Source of the DNA: an uncultured archaeon
GTDB lineage: Archaea; Thermoproteota; Bathyarchaeia; Bathyarchaeales; Bathycorpusculaceae
Assembly: GCA_963810275.1 (NCBI GenBank)
Contig: CAWENF010000020.1
Coordinates: 1-64,000, forward strand
DNA length: 64,000 nt
Reading direction: 5' to 3'
Shown: piece after piece, positions 10,281 through 20,303 of the stretch
Position numbering within the stretch: the stretch's first letter is position 1
Layout of the letters: every line of letters starts with the position of its first letter
Notes under the pieces: generated by a model
What the model was told of the DNA's origin: nothing
The model's database searches: none
What the model saw: the letters and a program-made list of their open reading frames with translations, nothing else
Made by a program: the position numbers and the translations under genes

Positions 10281-13200
10281 TCAGTGGATATTTATCTGGA
10301 TTTTTTTGCCATCCAGCTCGGACTGATGCCAATCTGCCTCAACCTCACCGCATTTATCATGCAAGTAGACTTTACGTGCTCGAACCAAGCCAGCCATCTC
10401 CTCAAGGTACGGCTCCAACAAGCCCATGCTTTCATCATCCAAATCGGCGATGTGCACAGACTCCAAGGTTTCGGTAGGCACAAAACCCATCTCTTTACGC
10501 AACGCCTGTACACGGCGAGCCAAATCACGCATGATGCCTTCACCTAAGAGTTTATCGTCACGCTGTCCACTAACAAACACAGTCATTTCCTCTTCTTGGC
10601 TACTCACCCAGTTCTCACCGCCCACATACTCAGGCACAGACTCAGCGTACTCAACGGATTTAATGTTGGTCTGCTCCAAAAGAAGTGATTCAAGCGATTT
10701 TAACGCATCCAATGTAGCTTTTGAGGCGACCACAATAATTTTTGCAAGTGGCCAACGGCGTTTAAGCTTACCTGCTTGGCGAGCCGCAAAAGAGTTTGAA
10801 ACGGCTTTGAGGAGGATTTCGAATTGTCCCTCGATTTGCTTGTTGCGTGTCTGTGGGTTGAGCATTGGCCAAGCCGCCAAGTTAACAGTTTCAGGCAAGT
10901 CAGGTTCGAGTTTGCGGTAAATCTTCTGATACAAAGCCTCTGCGAGAAACGGTGTAATAGGGTTGAAAAGCAATGTTACAGTTTTAAGAGCATGATGAAG
11001 CAATGAATATATTGTTTGGCGCCGCTCTGCCGCGTCTGGGTCGTCGTTCCAGAGTTCCTTGCGAATCATCGGCACATACAGCCGCGATAAGGTTTCGATT
11101 ACGAAGTCGTCAAGCACTGCCAATGCAGCGTTAAACTCACAGCGCTCCAATTTAGCTGTGTAGTCTTCTATTCTTTTCTGAAGCACTGAGAGCATCCAGA
11201 TGTCTGCGGCTTGCAGTTTGCCGGCTTTCAGCGCCCAGCTAAAGCTGTACTTAGTAGGAGAGAACTGATCAAAGGTCGCGTTTTCCATGAAAAAGCGGCT
11301 AAGGTGGTAAAGTGTAGAGAGAACTTGGTAGCTTCGACGGGTAAGTTCCTGCATGTCAAAGCTCATGAAGTCAGTTGGGCTGCATTTGCGGGTCATATAG
11401 AACCGGCATAGATCAGCGCTGATTTTGGCAAGCAACTCGTTGGTTTGGATGACGTTCCCTAGGCTTTTACTCATCTTGCGTCCTTTGGCGTCTTGCGTCA
11501 AGCCTTGAAATAGGAAGGCTTTGTAGGGTGCTTGAGCTTTGCCCTTATAAATGACGTATTCAAGTAGTAGCGAATTTGCCCAGCCTCTAGTCTGGTCAAT
11601 CCCTTCAGTAAGCCAAATTGTAGGAACATATTTTGCTTCCTCATCATCGGTGAAGCGAGCGTGTGGAGAAGCGCCGCTGTTATGCCAAGTATCCAAAACA
11701 AAATCTTCACGACGCATGACGCCCTCGCATTTACTGCATTTTATGGTAATTCGGTCAACCCACGGCTTATGCAACTCAAAATCCGCAGGAATATCTTCTT
11801 GAGCAGCTTCAAGCAACTCAGCTCTACCGCCCACAAGTCTTTTTTCCCCGCATGCCTCGCAGGCCCATATCGGAAGCGGCGTGCCCCAGATGCGTTCACG
11901 GCTAATACACCATGGTTTGCCCTCTTTTAGGAAGCCAATAAAACGGTTTTTGGGTTCTTCATAGAAATATTCGACAGTATTTGCCGCTTCTAATACTTTC
12001 TTGTTGATTTTGTCTGTGCGCAAAAAGTATTCTTTGCGAGCAAGCCAGACGAGTTTGTGGTGGCTTCTCCAACAGGTCGGATACTCATGTTTGAGCCGCT
12101 TAATTTTAACAAAGCTGTTGCGATTGCGAAGCTCCTCAACGACAACCATGTCAGCGTCTCTGGCGAAAACTCCAACGAATTGGCCTGCGTCTTTGGTGAA
12201 TTTAACTTCGTCATCGAAGGGAGCATATATTGGGACGCCTCTGCGCTGTGCTGCCCAGAAGTCATCTTCACCGTTCCCAGGTGATAGGTGCACGATTCCT
12301 GTGGCGGTTTCAACATCCACAAAATCTTCGCCGATAACATGATGCACTAAAGGATGCTTTGTCTCTAGCTCCGCCTGTTGAGGAATTATGTCTTTCAGAG
12401 GATAATCGTAACCTTTGCCCTCCAGCGTTTCACCAAGCAAGGTTTCGAGGATTTCGTAACTTTTTATGTCCAATTCCGCCATCAACGACTCGACACGGGG
12501 GCGCACCATAATCCAGACTTCATCACCCACCTTGACTTTGGCATACTCGGCTTTAGGCTGAACCGCCAACATTGTATCAGTGATAACCGTAAAAGGCATA
12601 GTGGTCCAAACAAGGAAGTACTCGTTTTCTGTGCCCAAAACACGGAATTTGAAATACATTGAGGGGTCTTCTACTTCTTTATAGCTTCCCTCATACCCTA
12701 CTTCAGCGCTGCTCAAACTGGTTTGGCACCCAGGGCAGTACGCCACCACGTAGTGACCTTCTTCAAGCAACTGCTGGTCCCAAGCCCTTTTTAGGATTTG
12801 CCATTCCCGCTCGATGTAACTGTCCTTATAGGTCCAGTAAGCTTTATCCTGATTAATAGCGATACCGAGTTTACTATCAGCCTCCAGCCACATAGCGTGA
12901 TAACGCATAATCGCCTTTTTGCATTCCTCTATAAAGCGCTCCATACCATACTTTTCGATGGATTCACGCTTGTTTCGGGCACCCAATAGCTTTTCGACTT
13001 CGAGCTCGACTGGTAAGCCTTGGCAGTCCCAACCAGCCCAAAACGGCATATAGTAGCCCTCCATGGTTTTCCATCGGTAGCGAATATCTTTCATGATTCT
13101 GCCGCGGGCATGCCCAATGTGAGGGATACCGTTTAGCGTCGGTGGACCCTCCACATAACCAAGGTTACCTTTGATGTTTGGCGAGTTTTGGAGGGCTTCG

Positions 13201-13316
13201 AGTTTTTCGCGGATTTGTCTTTTTGCCCAGAATTCACGGATCTCTTTTTCGAGTTCAAGCGGTGTATAGTTTTGTGGCAGATTTTGGTTTTGGTCAGCTG
13301 GGTTTTGGGCTATCAA
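10281..13316 (-). CDS. ileS: isoleucine--tRNA ligase
   Basis: EGPPTLNGIPHIGH, GWDCQGLPVE, WTTMPFT, GTGIVH-like ATGIVHLSPG, WCISRERIWG, EGIDQTRGW, KMSKS; probable TTG start at 13316. Confidence 0.97.
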   Translation of the reverse strand: MIAQNPADQNQNLPQNYTPLELEKEIREFWAKRQIREKLEALQNSPNIKGNLGYVEGPPTLNGIPHIGHARGRIMKDIRYRWKTMEGYYMPFWAGWDCQGLPVELEVEKLLGARNKRESIEKYGMERFIEECKKAIMRYHAMWLEADSKLGIAINQDKAYWTYKDSYIEREWQILKRAWDQQLLEEGHYVVAYCPGCQTSLSSAEVGYEGSYKEVEDPSMYFKFRVLGTENEYFLVWTTMPFTVITDTMLAVQPKAEYAKVKVGDEVWIMVRPRVESLMAELDIKSYEILETLLGETLEGKGYDYPLKDIIPQQAELETKHPLVHHVIGEDFVDVETATGIVHLSPGNGEDDFWAAQRRGVPIYAPFDDEVKFTKDAGQFVGVFARDADMVVVEELRNRNSFVKIKRLKHEYPTCWRSHHKLVWLARKEYFLRTDKINKKVLEAANTVEYFYEEPKNRFIGFLKEGKPWCISRERIWGTPLPIWACEACGEKRLVGGRAELLEAAQEDIPADFELHKPWVDRITIKCSKCEGVMRREDFVLDTWHNSGASPHARFTDDEEAKYVPTIWLTEGIDQTRGWANSLLLEYVIYKGKAQAPYKAFLFQGLTQDAKGRKMSKSLGNVIQTNELLAKISADLCRFYMTRKCSPTDFMSFDMQELTRRSYQVLSTLYHLSRFFMENATFDQFSPTKYSFSWALKAGKLQAADIWMLSVLQKRIEDYTAKLERCEFNAALAVLDDFVIETLSRLYVPMIRKELWNDDPDAAERRQTIYSLLHHALKTVTLLFNPITPFLAEALYQKIYRKLEPDLPETVNLAAWPMLNPQTRNKQIEGQFEILLKAVSNSFAARQAGKLKRRWPLAKIIVVASKATLDALKSLESLLLEQTNIKSVEYAESVPEYVGGENWVSSQEEEMTVFVSGQRDDKLLGEGIMRDLARRVQALRKEMGFVPTETLESVHIADLDDESMGLLEPYLEEMAGLVRARKVYLHDKCGEVEADWHQSELDGKKIQINIH

Positions 13317-13615
13317 ATTAATTACCGTAACGCAGAATACGCATAGAGAGTATATAAAGTATAAACTGGCCAAAAATCCGGAGGTTATGCGGGTTTTTAA
13401 GAAGTCAACGGCAATAGTCAAAAAGTTTAAGGCTATAAAAAAAGTAAGTTTACTGCGTTGATGTTTTTTCGACGCGTTTATTTACACCAACCAAGAATGC
13501 AACTATGGCGATACCGCATAAGCAAGGCTAACAGGGATCCTTAGAAAAACGAAGCCAAAACCAAGCAGACCTTATATCACAACACAACTAACTATGGTGT
13601 TAAAGTGCATTCACT

Positions 13616-14810
13616 ATGGACAAAACTTGCTTAGCAGTCCTAAACACCCAGCCACCCCACCGGTACTTCGGCGGTGTAGAACGACGGATACTGGAAACTG
13701 CAAAGCGCCTCCAAACCGATATGGACATAACCATCTATAGCGGCACCAAAGCTGGTTTCAAAACCCAGACCACTGTAGACGGCGCAACAATTGTGCCAGT
13801 TCACTCCACCGACAAAATCTACCCCTTAGACAACTGGAGTTTTAGCAGAAACCTAACTAAACAACAAATACAAGCCGACATATACGAAGCACACGCAGTC
13901 AGCGGGTACAGCTTCCTCAAAAAAACCCGCATACAGCAACCGAAAAAACCTTTTATCCACACTATCCACGGAGTCTTAGCCGACGAGTACCAACAAAACA
14001 AAACAAGCGGCTCCACGTCTTTGCGGGATAGAGCAGCTAACATAATCATGAAGTATCTTGCACGGCTTGAACAAGAAATGGCACAACAAGCCACAGCCAT
14101 AGTGACAATTAGCAATTACTCACTAAATAAACTCGAAGAACACTACAATATCGACCCAGACAAAGTGTGTATTATTCCAAACGGGGTGGACACGGAAATC
14201 TTTAAGCCCATAAACAACTCTGAAAGGGCAAAGCGGCAATTCGGTCTAGGAAAGGGACATATTGTCCTGTTTGTGGGCAGCTTAATTGCGCGGAAGGGAG
14301 CGTGTTTTCTGATGGATACGGCAAAAAAGGTTGTTAAGCAGCAAGCCGACGCCAAATTCGTCATTGTGGGAGAAGGTCCGCTTAAAGCTAGTTTAACTGA
14401 GTCAATCCACAGAGAAGGATTAGAGAAAAACTTCACTTTCCTCGGAAACATAGACGAAACTCAATTACCGCTTATTTATACCGCATCTGATGTTTTTATT
14501 TTGCCCTCTGTACAGGAAGGACAGGGAATTGTCCTTCTCGAAGCTCAGGCGTGCGGTAAACCTGTAGTAGCTTTTAATGTTGGCGGCGTGAGCGAAGCTG
14601 TTGAAAACAAAAAGACAGGCATCTTAGTTGAACGCGGCGACATTGAAGGTTTGGCGGATGCTTTGCTTGACCTTTTGAACGGATGAGGCTTTGAGATATA
14701 AGATGGGTGAAAACGGAAGGGGGTATGTTAAAGCTAACTTTACATGGGACATCTGCGCTGGTCGAATGCTCAAAGTCTACTCAAACTACTTAGACACTGT
14801 ACATACCTAA
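13616..14810 (+). CDS. glycosyltransferase family 4; frameshift near 14680
   Basis: GGVERR, HTIHG, IPNGVD, FVGSLIARKG, EGQGIVLLEAQACGKPVV. The C-terminal DEALRYKMGENGRGYVKANFTWD lies in the +1 frame, ending at TAA 14810. Confidence 0.88.
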
Positions 14811-14822
14811 TGTTTTTTGGTT

Positions 14823-15359
14823 CTACTTTTCGGTTGAACATTCAAACCCAATATTGTGAATAAGTCTATCCAAGTCGTTTACGCTCATCCACTCAGTTTT
14901 AAGGTAAACAAGTATTCGCTGCTCAGCTAGCCCCACCCTCTTAGCTTCCTTGACGCAGTATCGATAAGCTTCAATTTCTGTTGGTCGATCCACATAGCTA
15001 AAGTTAGGATCGAAAAGTTCTCTCCCATCCATAAACTGCTTGACGTGGCATAGTTCGTGGATTAAATCAAGGTAAATATCGATTTTGTCGCCTCTGTTTA
15101 TGTAAGATTTGCTTATAACAAGATGTCCATCTGCACCATCCACGTACATGTAGCCACTTACCCAAGTGAACTCCACATTTAGGCGACTTAGAACCTCGGT
15201 GGTTTTCTTTCCGAAAATTCCTTGCACTGCTTCAATCTCGTCAAAGCCCTTGAAGTATTCAAGAAAGGTACCATGTTGGTTGCCTACACTAAACGGGTTA
15301 AAAGGAAACCCACCGAGCACACGTTTAAGTTTAAATAGTACATGCTCAATGCCGGCCAA
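14823..15359 (-). CDS. hypothetical protein with zincin-like HExxH motif
   Basis: LIHELCHVKQ plus downstream PTEIEAY (possible third Zn ligand). Confidence 0.7.
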   Translation of the reverse strand: MAGIEHVLFKLKRVLGGFPFNPFSVGNQHGTFLEYFKGFDEIEAVQGIFGKKTTEVLSRLNVEFTWVSGYMYVDGADGHLVISKSYINRGDKIDIYLDLIHELCHVKQFMDGRELFDPNFSYVDRPTEIEAYRYCVKEAKRVGLAEQRILVYLKTEWMSVNDLDRLIHNIGFECSTEK

Positions 15360-15370
15360 CCATTATTCGC

Positions 15371-16732
15371 CTACTTAAAAGCTGAAAGGTACTCAAGTTT
15401 CATCCCACTCCGAACTAAACTATGCAGATCTTGAATACAGCCTATACTGGCATCAACGTTGTGATGGACTGGATGGCTCCATAACCTGTCTGGGGCAAGG
15501 TTAAACTGCAATGGCACCTTAACATTAAGACTATATTTCTTTTGTAAATCCTTAAGTAGTTTACCTTCTTCGCAAGCGGTGCGGACATTAGCAAAGCTTT
15601 GCAGCAGCTGTGAGGAGCCGGTTGCGCCCACTGCATGCCAGAGGCTTGCGTCTTCAGGCGAGGCCAGAGAATATAGAAAGAACTGGGGCGAAGAAGGGGT
15701 CTGGCAGTAGCTGTAATCGGAGAGTTGAGAGCCAGGTACTGTCAATTTGTCTTCGCAGACCGCTAATGATACGTCTTCTGGGTCAACGTCGTTGGGGTAT
15801 AGCGGGGTAGTTTTGTAGGTAACCGTAGCGTTTAGAAAACGGTTGTTTTCGAAGTGGAGTTTGCCTCTTGCTGCACGTTTGGAGCCGAAACCCCTCTTTG
15901 AGTGTGGAACAGTGAGCAAAGTGGTTCGTTTGTTCATACTGCGCCCCATACAAGTGTAAGCAGCTTCCACCGAGTTGTAGTCATGGTTGCTTTCGCTTAT
16001 AATGTAGTGAAGCACTCCGCTTTTATCCTCTGATTCCAAAGTCGAAAGGGGCATACGCAGTGAGTAAAGCGACAAATCCATACAAACAAATTTGGAAAGC
16101 TCTATCATTTGCATGTACTTGATTGTATCCACAAAGTTAAGATAGCTACCATTGCTTTCCGATAGAACCTCAGTTATTAAAGCGCATTCTTTTTGGGAAA
16201 TCAATGCACCAGCGTACTTTTTAACGAAGGCATCATCAATTTTCAGATTGTCAGTTTTAACGTTGTTAACTGGGTAAGCGCTTTGCCCTGAGTCAACGAT
16301 TGATTTACGCAGCGGATTCATAGAGTACCGATCAGCTTCCACGTCATCGGTGTTTAGCAGAAAAGGCACAATATAGCCGCAGGGCGGCTTCTTTAGCAGC
16401 TCGCACAGCCCAGAAACATCACTGGGAGTTAATTCATGCAAACCGACTTCCAAGAAGTAGTTAGCACAAGTCTCAAGAAGGCGGGTCGCAAATATACCCT
16501 GCACTTCTTCCACCGTCAAATGTGGGTTAGTATACTCAACGGAGCTGCGCAGATAGAAACGTTCATCCTCAAAGGGAACGGCAACTTTTCTGCCGTTGAC
16601 ATACTGGAAAAGGTTGACTTTTCTCTTCGGCATCTGACCCCGTGCTTTGGAGGCACCTTCAACAAGCGCTTTAACAGATTCAAATGAGTTAGCTAAGAAA
16701 TCTTCAAGCAGAAATTTACAGTAGTCTTCCAT
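15371..16732 (-). CDS. hypothetical protein (453 aa), family not recognised
   Basis: Long ORF tightly coupled to both neighbours (2-nt and 11-nt gaps); globular composition. Confidence 0.8.
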   Translation of the reverse strand: MEDYCKFLLEDFLANSFESVKALVEGASKARGQMPKRKVNLFQYVNGRKVAVPFEDERFYLRSSVEYTNPHLTVEEVQGIFATRLLETCANYFLEVGLHELTPSDVSGLCELLKKPPCGYIVPFLLNTDDVEADRYSMNPLRKSIVDSGQSAYPVNNVKTDNLKIDDAFVKKYAGALISQKECALITEVLSESNGSYLNFVDTIKYMQMIELSKFVCMDLSLYSLRMPLSTLESEDKSGVLHYIISESNHDYNSVEAAYTCMGRSMNKRTTLLTVPHSKRGFGSKRAARGKLHFENNRFLNATVTYKTTPLYPNDVDPEDVSLAVCEDKLTVPGSQLSDYSYCQTPSSPQFFLYSLASPEDASLWHAVGATGSSQLLQSFANVRTACEEGKLLKDLQKKYSLNVKVPLQFNLAPDRLWSHPVHHNVDASIGCIQDLHSLVRSGMKLEYLSAFK

Positions 16733-16734
16733 AA

Positions 16735-17574
16735 TTATCCTCTTTCAAGCGACTCAGCAATATATACACAATCTTGAGCAGCGGCTTTGCCTAAAAACAT
16801 TCTTGAAACAGAAAACTCTTTTGCAAAACCTAAACCTGAAAAAATATCAAAAAGTACGTGTTCTTTTTCAGATACCACCACGTAAATGCCTTTGCCATGC
16901 ACACACGCTAACACCGACTGCACCAAAAAACCAGTGTCATCAATTCGGCTTTGTTGGCAAACTAGGGGTCCAACCCACACGGTATCGGCTGCTATGGTTG
17001 CGGCAACATAACCAACTACACTTTTATCCTCAAATAGAACGCAGCTGAAGTTGTCTTTGTCTTCGATAATTGAGCGCAGCAGCCGTGTTCTGTCGCCACC
17101 AAAGCATTTCTCATCGAACTCTGCGACTTGGGGGAACTCTTTTTTCCCTATGGCAAGCAAAGTTTTTGCGGGAATCTTAGGTAGCTTTTCGATGTGCATT
17201 AAAGAAAAATTGCAATCCGCCTTAAAACCCAGTTTTCCATAGAAGTCTACTAGGTGATGGTAAGCGTATAACCCCACGGTTTCCACGCCCCGCCCAAGCA
17301 GGTACTGTATAGCGTGTGAGACTATGGCACTACCCGCGCCTTTTCTCCGACTTGATGGCTCAACGATAAGGTTTCCAAACCAGCCTACTTTGCCGTAACT
17401 TAGACATGTTGCGATGCCTAAACGGCGTGTGCCATCTTTTAGTAAAAAACAACCGTTTGGTTCAAGCTTCAACGCAAATTCAAAGTCAGCTTTCGCCATA
17501 TGCCAGTTCATAGCATTAGTCAGGTTAATAGCAAAAGAAAAGTCGCTTCTGGATAGTGTTTCGATTTCAAACAT
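16735..17574 (-). CDS. GNAT family N-acetyltransferase (tandem GNAT, YitH-like)
   Basis: GWFGNLIVEPSSRRKGAGSA acetyl-CoA motif, FYGKLGF, then a second GNAT-like domain (FDEKCFGGDR..VGPLV); probable ATG at 17574. Confidence 0.85.
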   Translation of the reverse strand: MFEIETLSRSDFSFAINLTNAMNWHMAKADFEFALKLEPNGCFLLKDGTRRLGIATCLSYGKVGWFGNLIVEPSSRRKGAGSAIVSHAIQYLLGRGVETVGLYAYHHLVDFYGKLGFKADCNFSLMHIEKLPKIPAKTLLAIGKKEFPQVAEFDEKCFGGDRTRLLRSIIEDKDNFSCVLFEDKSVVGYVAATIAADTVWVGPLVCQQSRIDDTGFLVQSVLACVHGKGIYVVVSEKEHVLFDIFSGLGFAKEFSVSRMFLGKAAAQDCVYIAESLERG

Positions 17575-17931
17575 TACAATATACCTAAGGTTGTTGGAGC
17601 AATTAAGTGTGTTCACACCAAACTCTGTTGCTCCATACAGAAACAGCATACAAATTTATTCTCTCTTAGACATAATAAAATTGGCTACCGACCATATTTT
17701 TTCAGATATGACAAATGAGGGCTTAAACACATTAGCAACAACTACGCCGCTTAACGATGATGGAGAAAGCTTTAAAGTGGATTATCTGAATAACAACTAA
17801 AATGTTACTTGCCCGAAGATAACGCTTCTGAAAAGTTATTGCTACTATTCTGGATGTATCTGGTTATTCTTGAAAAAACTCATTTTAATAAATAAAAAAA
17901 AGAAAAAACTTTTTTGTTTTCGTTAGGACGT

Positions 17932-18483
17932 TTAGTATCTTGGCCTGTAGCCGCCGCCACCGCGTCGATCGCCACTACGACCGCCACTATAGCCGCCACC
18001 GCCGCCACGTCGGTCTCTCCCGCCGTAGCCGCCACCACCACCGAATCCTCGTCCGCCGCCTCTTCCGCCACGGAATGGTCGGCGTTCTTGTTCGTATGTT
18101 TTGCTTGAAACGTTATTTTCCGTGTTAACTTCCGCTTCAAGAGGTGCTTCTGCGACATCTAGTTTCCCGTATTTACCGATGTTAAGGCGTATGTTTCCTT
18201 TAAAGAGAGTGACATAGCCATTTTCGATGCGGACGGTTTCGCCATCGTTAACTTTCTCGATGTTATCGTCCCAAAGTGTTAAGTAGACTACACCTGTTTC
18301 GTCGCCGATGAGTGCATCGCTGACTTTGTGTGGTGAGCCGTCTCTGCCCATTGGGATTTCGCGTATTTCAGTTTTGGATACTACCTTTGCCGTGACATTA
18401 ACTGCTTTTGATTGTGGGGTTAAGTCTCCGACTTTGGCTTCTACTGGTTCCTTTTTGTTTTCGAAAAAACCTTCTACAGCCAA
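17932..18483 (-). CDS. ssb: single-stranded DNA-binding protein (single OB fold, RG-rich tail)
   Basis: VNVTAKVV..LIGDETGVVYLTLW..IENGYVTLFKGNIRLNIGKYG is a crenarchaeal-type SSB OB fold. Confidence 0.9.
   Translation of the reverse strand: MAVEGFFENKKEPVEAKVGDLTPQSKAVNVTAKVVSKTEIREIPMGRDGSPHKVSDALIGDETGVVYLTLWDDNIEKVNDGETVRIENGYVTLFKGNIRLNIGKYGKLDVAEAPLEAEVNTENNVSSKTYEQERRPFRGGRGGGRGFGGGGGYGGRDRRGGGGGYSGGRSGDRRGGGGYRPRY
17946..18072 (-). repeat. low-complexity GGC/GGT repeats encoding the RGG/GGGGY tail of SSB
   Basis: Repeated tagccgcc(g/a)cc units on the + strand; protein has RRGGGG(G)Y twice. Confidence 0.7.
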
Positions 18484-18611
18484 TTGATTTCAACACCTAT
18501 TTTGTAGTCTGGGAAACATGTTAGATTTTCTGTACACTTAAGTGTTTCGCTTAAACCAAAAGGGGGTTTTTGCGGTGTGCATATTAAGCTGGGCGTCGTT
18601 TTTGGTTTTGT

Positions 18612-19403
18612 ATGAATAAAATAGGCACAATCGCCGTTTTGCTTGCTGTGATAATTGGCTTGTCTGGTATTGCCGTATATGTTTTGGTTAATCAGCCAGC
18701 GCCAACTCAATTGCCTATATACTACACCTACCGAGTTCTAAACACCTATTCCCACGACACCGCTGCTTACACTGAAGGCTTGGTTTTTAGCGGCGGAGAA
18801 CTCTTTGAGAGCACAGGACAAGTGGGCACATCGAGCCTGCGCCGAGTTGACCCCCAATCTGGACGGGTTTTGCAGCAATATAAACTGGAGGGCGACCTAT
18901 ACGGAGAGGGCTTAGCAGCTGTTGACGACACGCTTGTGCAGTTGACATGGAGAAATCATGTTGGTTTTGTGTATCAGAAACAAAGTCTCGCTGTGGAGGC
19001 CAACTTTTCGGTAGCTACAGAGGGTTGGGGATTAACATATAACGGTACAAGCTTAATTCTAAGTGACGGCACATCTACGCTGTATTTTCTTGACCCCCTT
19101 TCACATGATGTGACTGGGCAGGTAACTGTGCGAAACGGCGACGATGTGGTAACGGAAATTAATGAACTAGAATACATAAAAGGGGACGTGTACGCCAACG
19201 TCTGGAAAACAACCAACATTGCCATAATCAACCCCCAGACTGGGCAGGTTAAGGGCTGGGTGGACCTAAGCGGGTTGCATCAGCCCACAGGCATAGACGA
19301 CGTGCTAAATGGCATTGCCTACAATCCGGACACGGGAAACCTGTTTGTAACTGGAAAAAACTGGCCAAGCCTCTATCAAATCGAGTTAGTTCCTAAAAGT
19401 TAG
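18612..19403 (+). CDS. glutaminyl-peptide cyclotransferase (type I, beta-propeller), membrane-anchored
   Basis: N-terminal TM; YTEGL, ESTG, GEGL, QLTW, EGWGLT, SDGT, INELEYI, ANVW, VLNGIAY, VTGKNWP. Confidence 0.92.
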   Translation: MNKIGTIAVLLAVIIGLSGIAVYVLVNQPAPTQLPIYYTYRVLNTYSHDTAAYTEGLVFSGGELFESTGQVGTSSLRRVDPQSGRVLQQYKLEGDLYGEGLAAVDDTLVQLTWRNHVGFVYQKQSLAVEANFSVATEGWGLTYNGTSLILSDGTSTLYFLDPLSHDVTGQVTVRNGDDVVTEINELEYIKGDVYANVWKTTNIAIINPQTGQVKGWVDLSGLHQPTGIDDVLNGIAYNPDTGNLFVTGKNWPSLYQIELVPKS

Positions 19404-19654
19404 AAGAGCATTTGCGCTTTGCCGAGGTAAAACTCGCTCTAAAGGCAAGGTTGTTCAAAACGCTCGGTTTATAGTTCTTTAATGATTTGAGGTGTATCAT
19501 TATTGTTTGGACGCTACAACAAACTGTTAATTGCCTTACTCTTCAATTCTTGACGTAGGAGAAAAAAATTGATATCAAAAAAGTTCTCTCTATTTTTTAT
19601 TGAATTATTGCTAATGGTGCCACAAGGGTAGTTTTGGATTAGCGTAGAATTCAG

Positions 19655-20083
19655 ATGTACAAGATTTTACCGGATATAGTTCTATCTTTCGAGGTGGGGA
19701 TTTACAAAGAATCAATGAGTATTCCTGGTCCCGAGATTTCATTTGAGAAAGGAGTTCCAGTAAGTATTACCCTGATAAGCACTGGTGGTACACTCCACGA
19801 TTTTTTTGTTGATTATAATGGTAATGGAGTAATAGATAACGATGAACCGCATACAATAGCCTTTGCTTCAACCACTATGTTTCAATTTACGCCTGACAGA
19901 ACGGCGCAATTTACGTACTATTGCAGTTTTCATCCTTCAACTATGAATGGAAATACGCAAATTATTCCTGAATTAACACCCGCCATTTTGGCAGTTCTTA
20001 TAGTCGTTCTAGCAGTCATTGGAATACTTTTTAAAATTAATAAACAACCCAAAAAAACAAGTGAATTTGCGCAACTTTGTTAA
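19655..20083 (+). CDS. cupredoxin-domain protein with PEF-CTERM-like C-terminal anchor; N-terminus probably damaged
   Basis: LHDF..YYCSFHPSTMNG type-1 Cu ligands; IPEL + TM + basic tail. No signal peptide in frame. Confidence 0.65.
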   Translation: MYKILPDIVLSFEVGIYKESMSIPGPEISFEKGVPVSITLISTGGTLHDFFVDYNGNGVIDNDEPHTIAFASTTMFQFTPDRTAQFTYYCSFHPSTMNGNTQIIPELTPAILAVLIVVLAVIGILFKINKQPKKTSEFAQLC

Positions 20084-20303
20084 ACTACACGATTTCATTA
20101 TTGAAACTGCAACCTAAAGCCAAATTCTAAACACGAAGTATGACCCCTTATTGGACAAAGCTACGTTCAACCTATCCATTCAATCTTGAATATCTGGAGT
20201 TAAATTACAATTTGTAGCCTTTGACAGAGACGTTTAGAAGCCCTGATTTGCATATAGAGTCAACTCTTGGTTCAACCCATGCTTTTGATCCTGAATGAGG
20301 AGT

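Noticed and set aside
10426-12989. Many antisense and alternate-frame ORFs over ileS (also over dnaG, mtnA, tuf, polB)
   Set aside because: Shadow ORFs caused by codon bias of the real genes; no motifs.
17755-17790. Possible C/D-box sRNA (ATGATG...CTGA)
   Set aside because: Too short, with no C'/D' boxes or identifiable guide.
19404-19460. Stem-loop after the glutaminyl cyclase gene as a riboswitch
   Set aside because: No match to any riboswitch consensus I recognise; pairing is weak and ambiguous.
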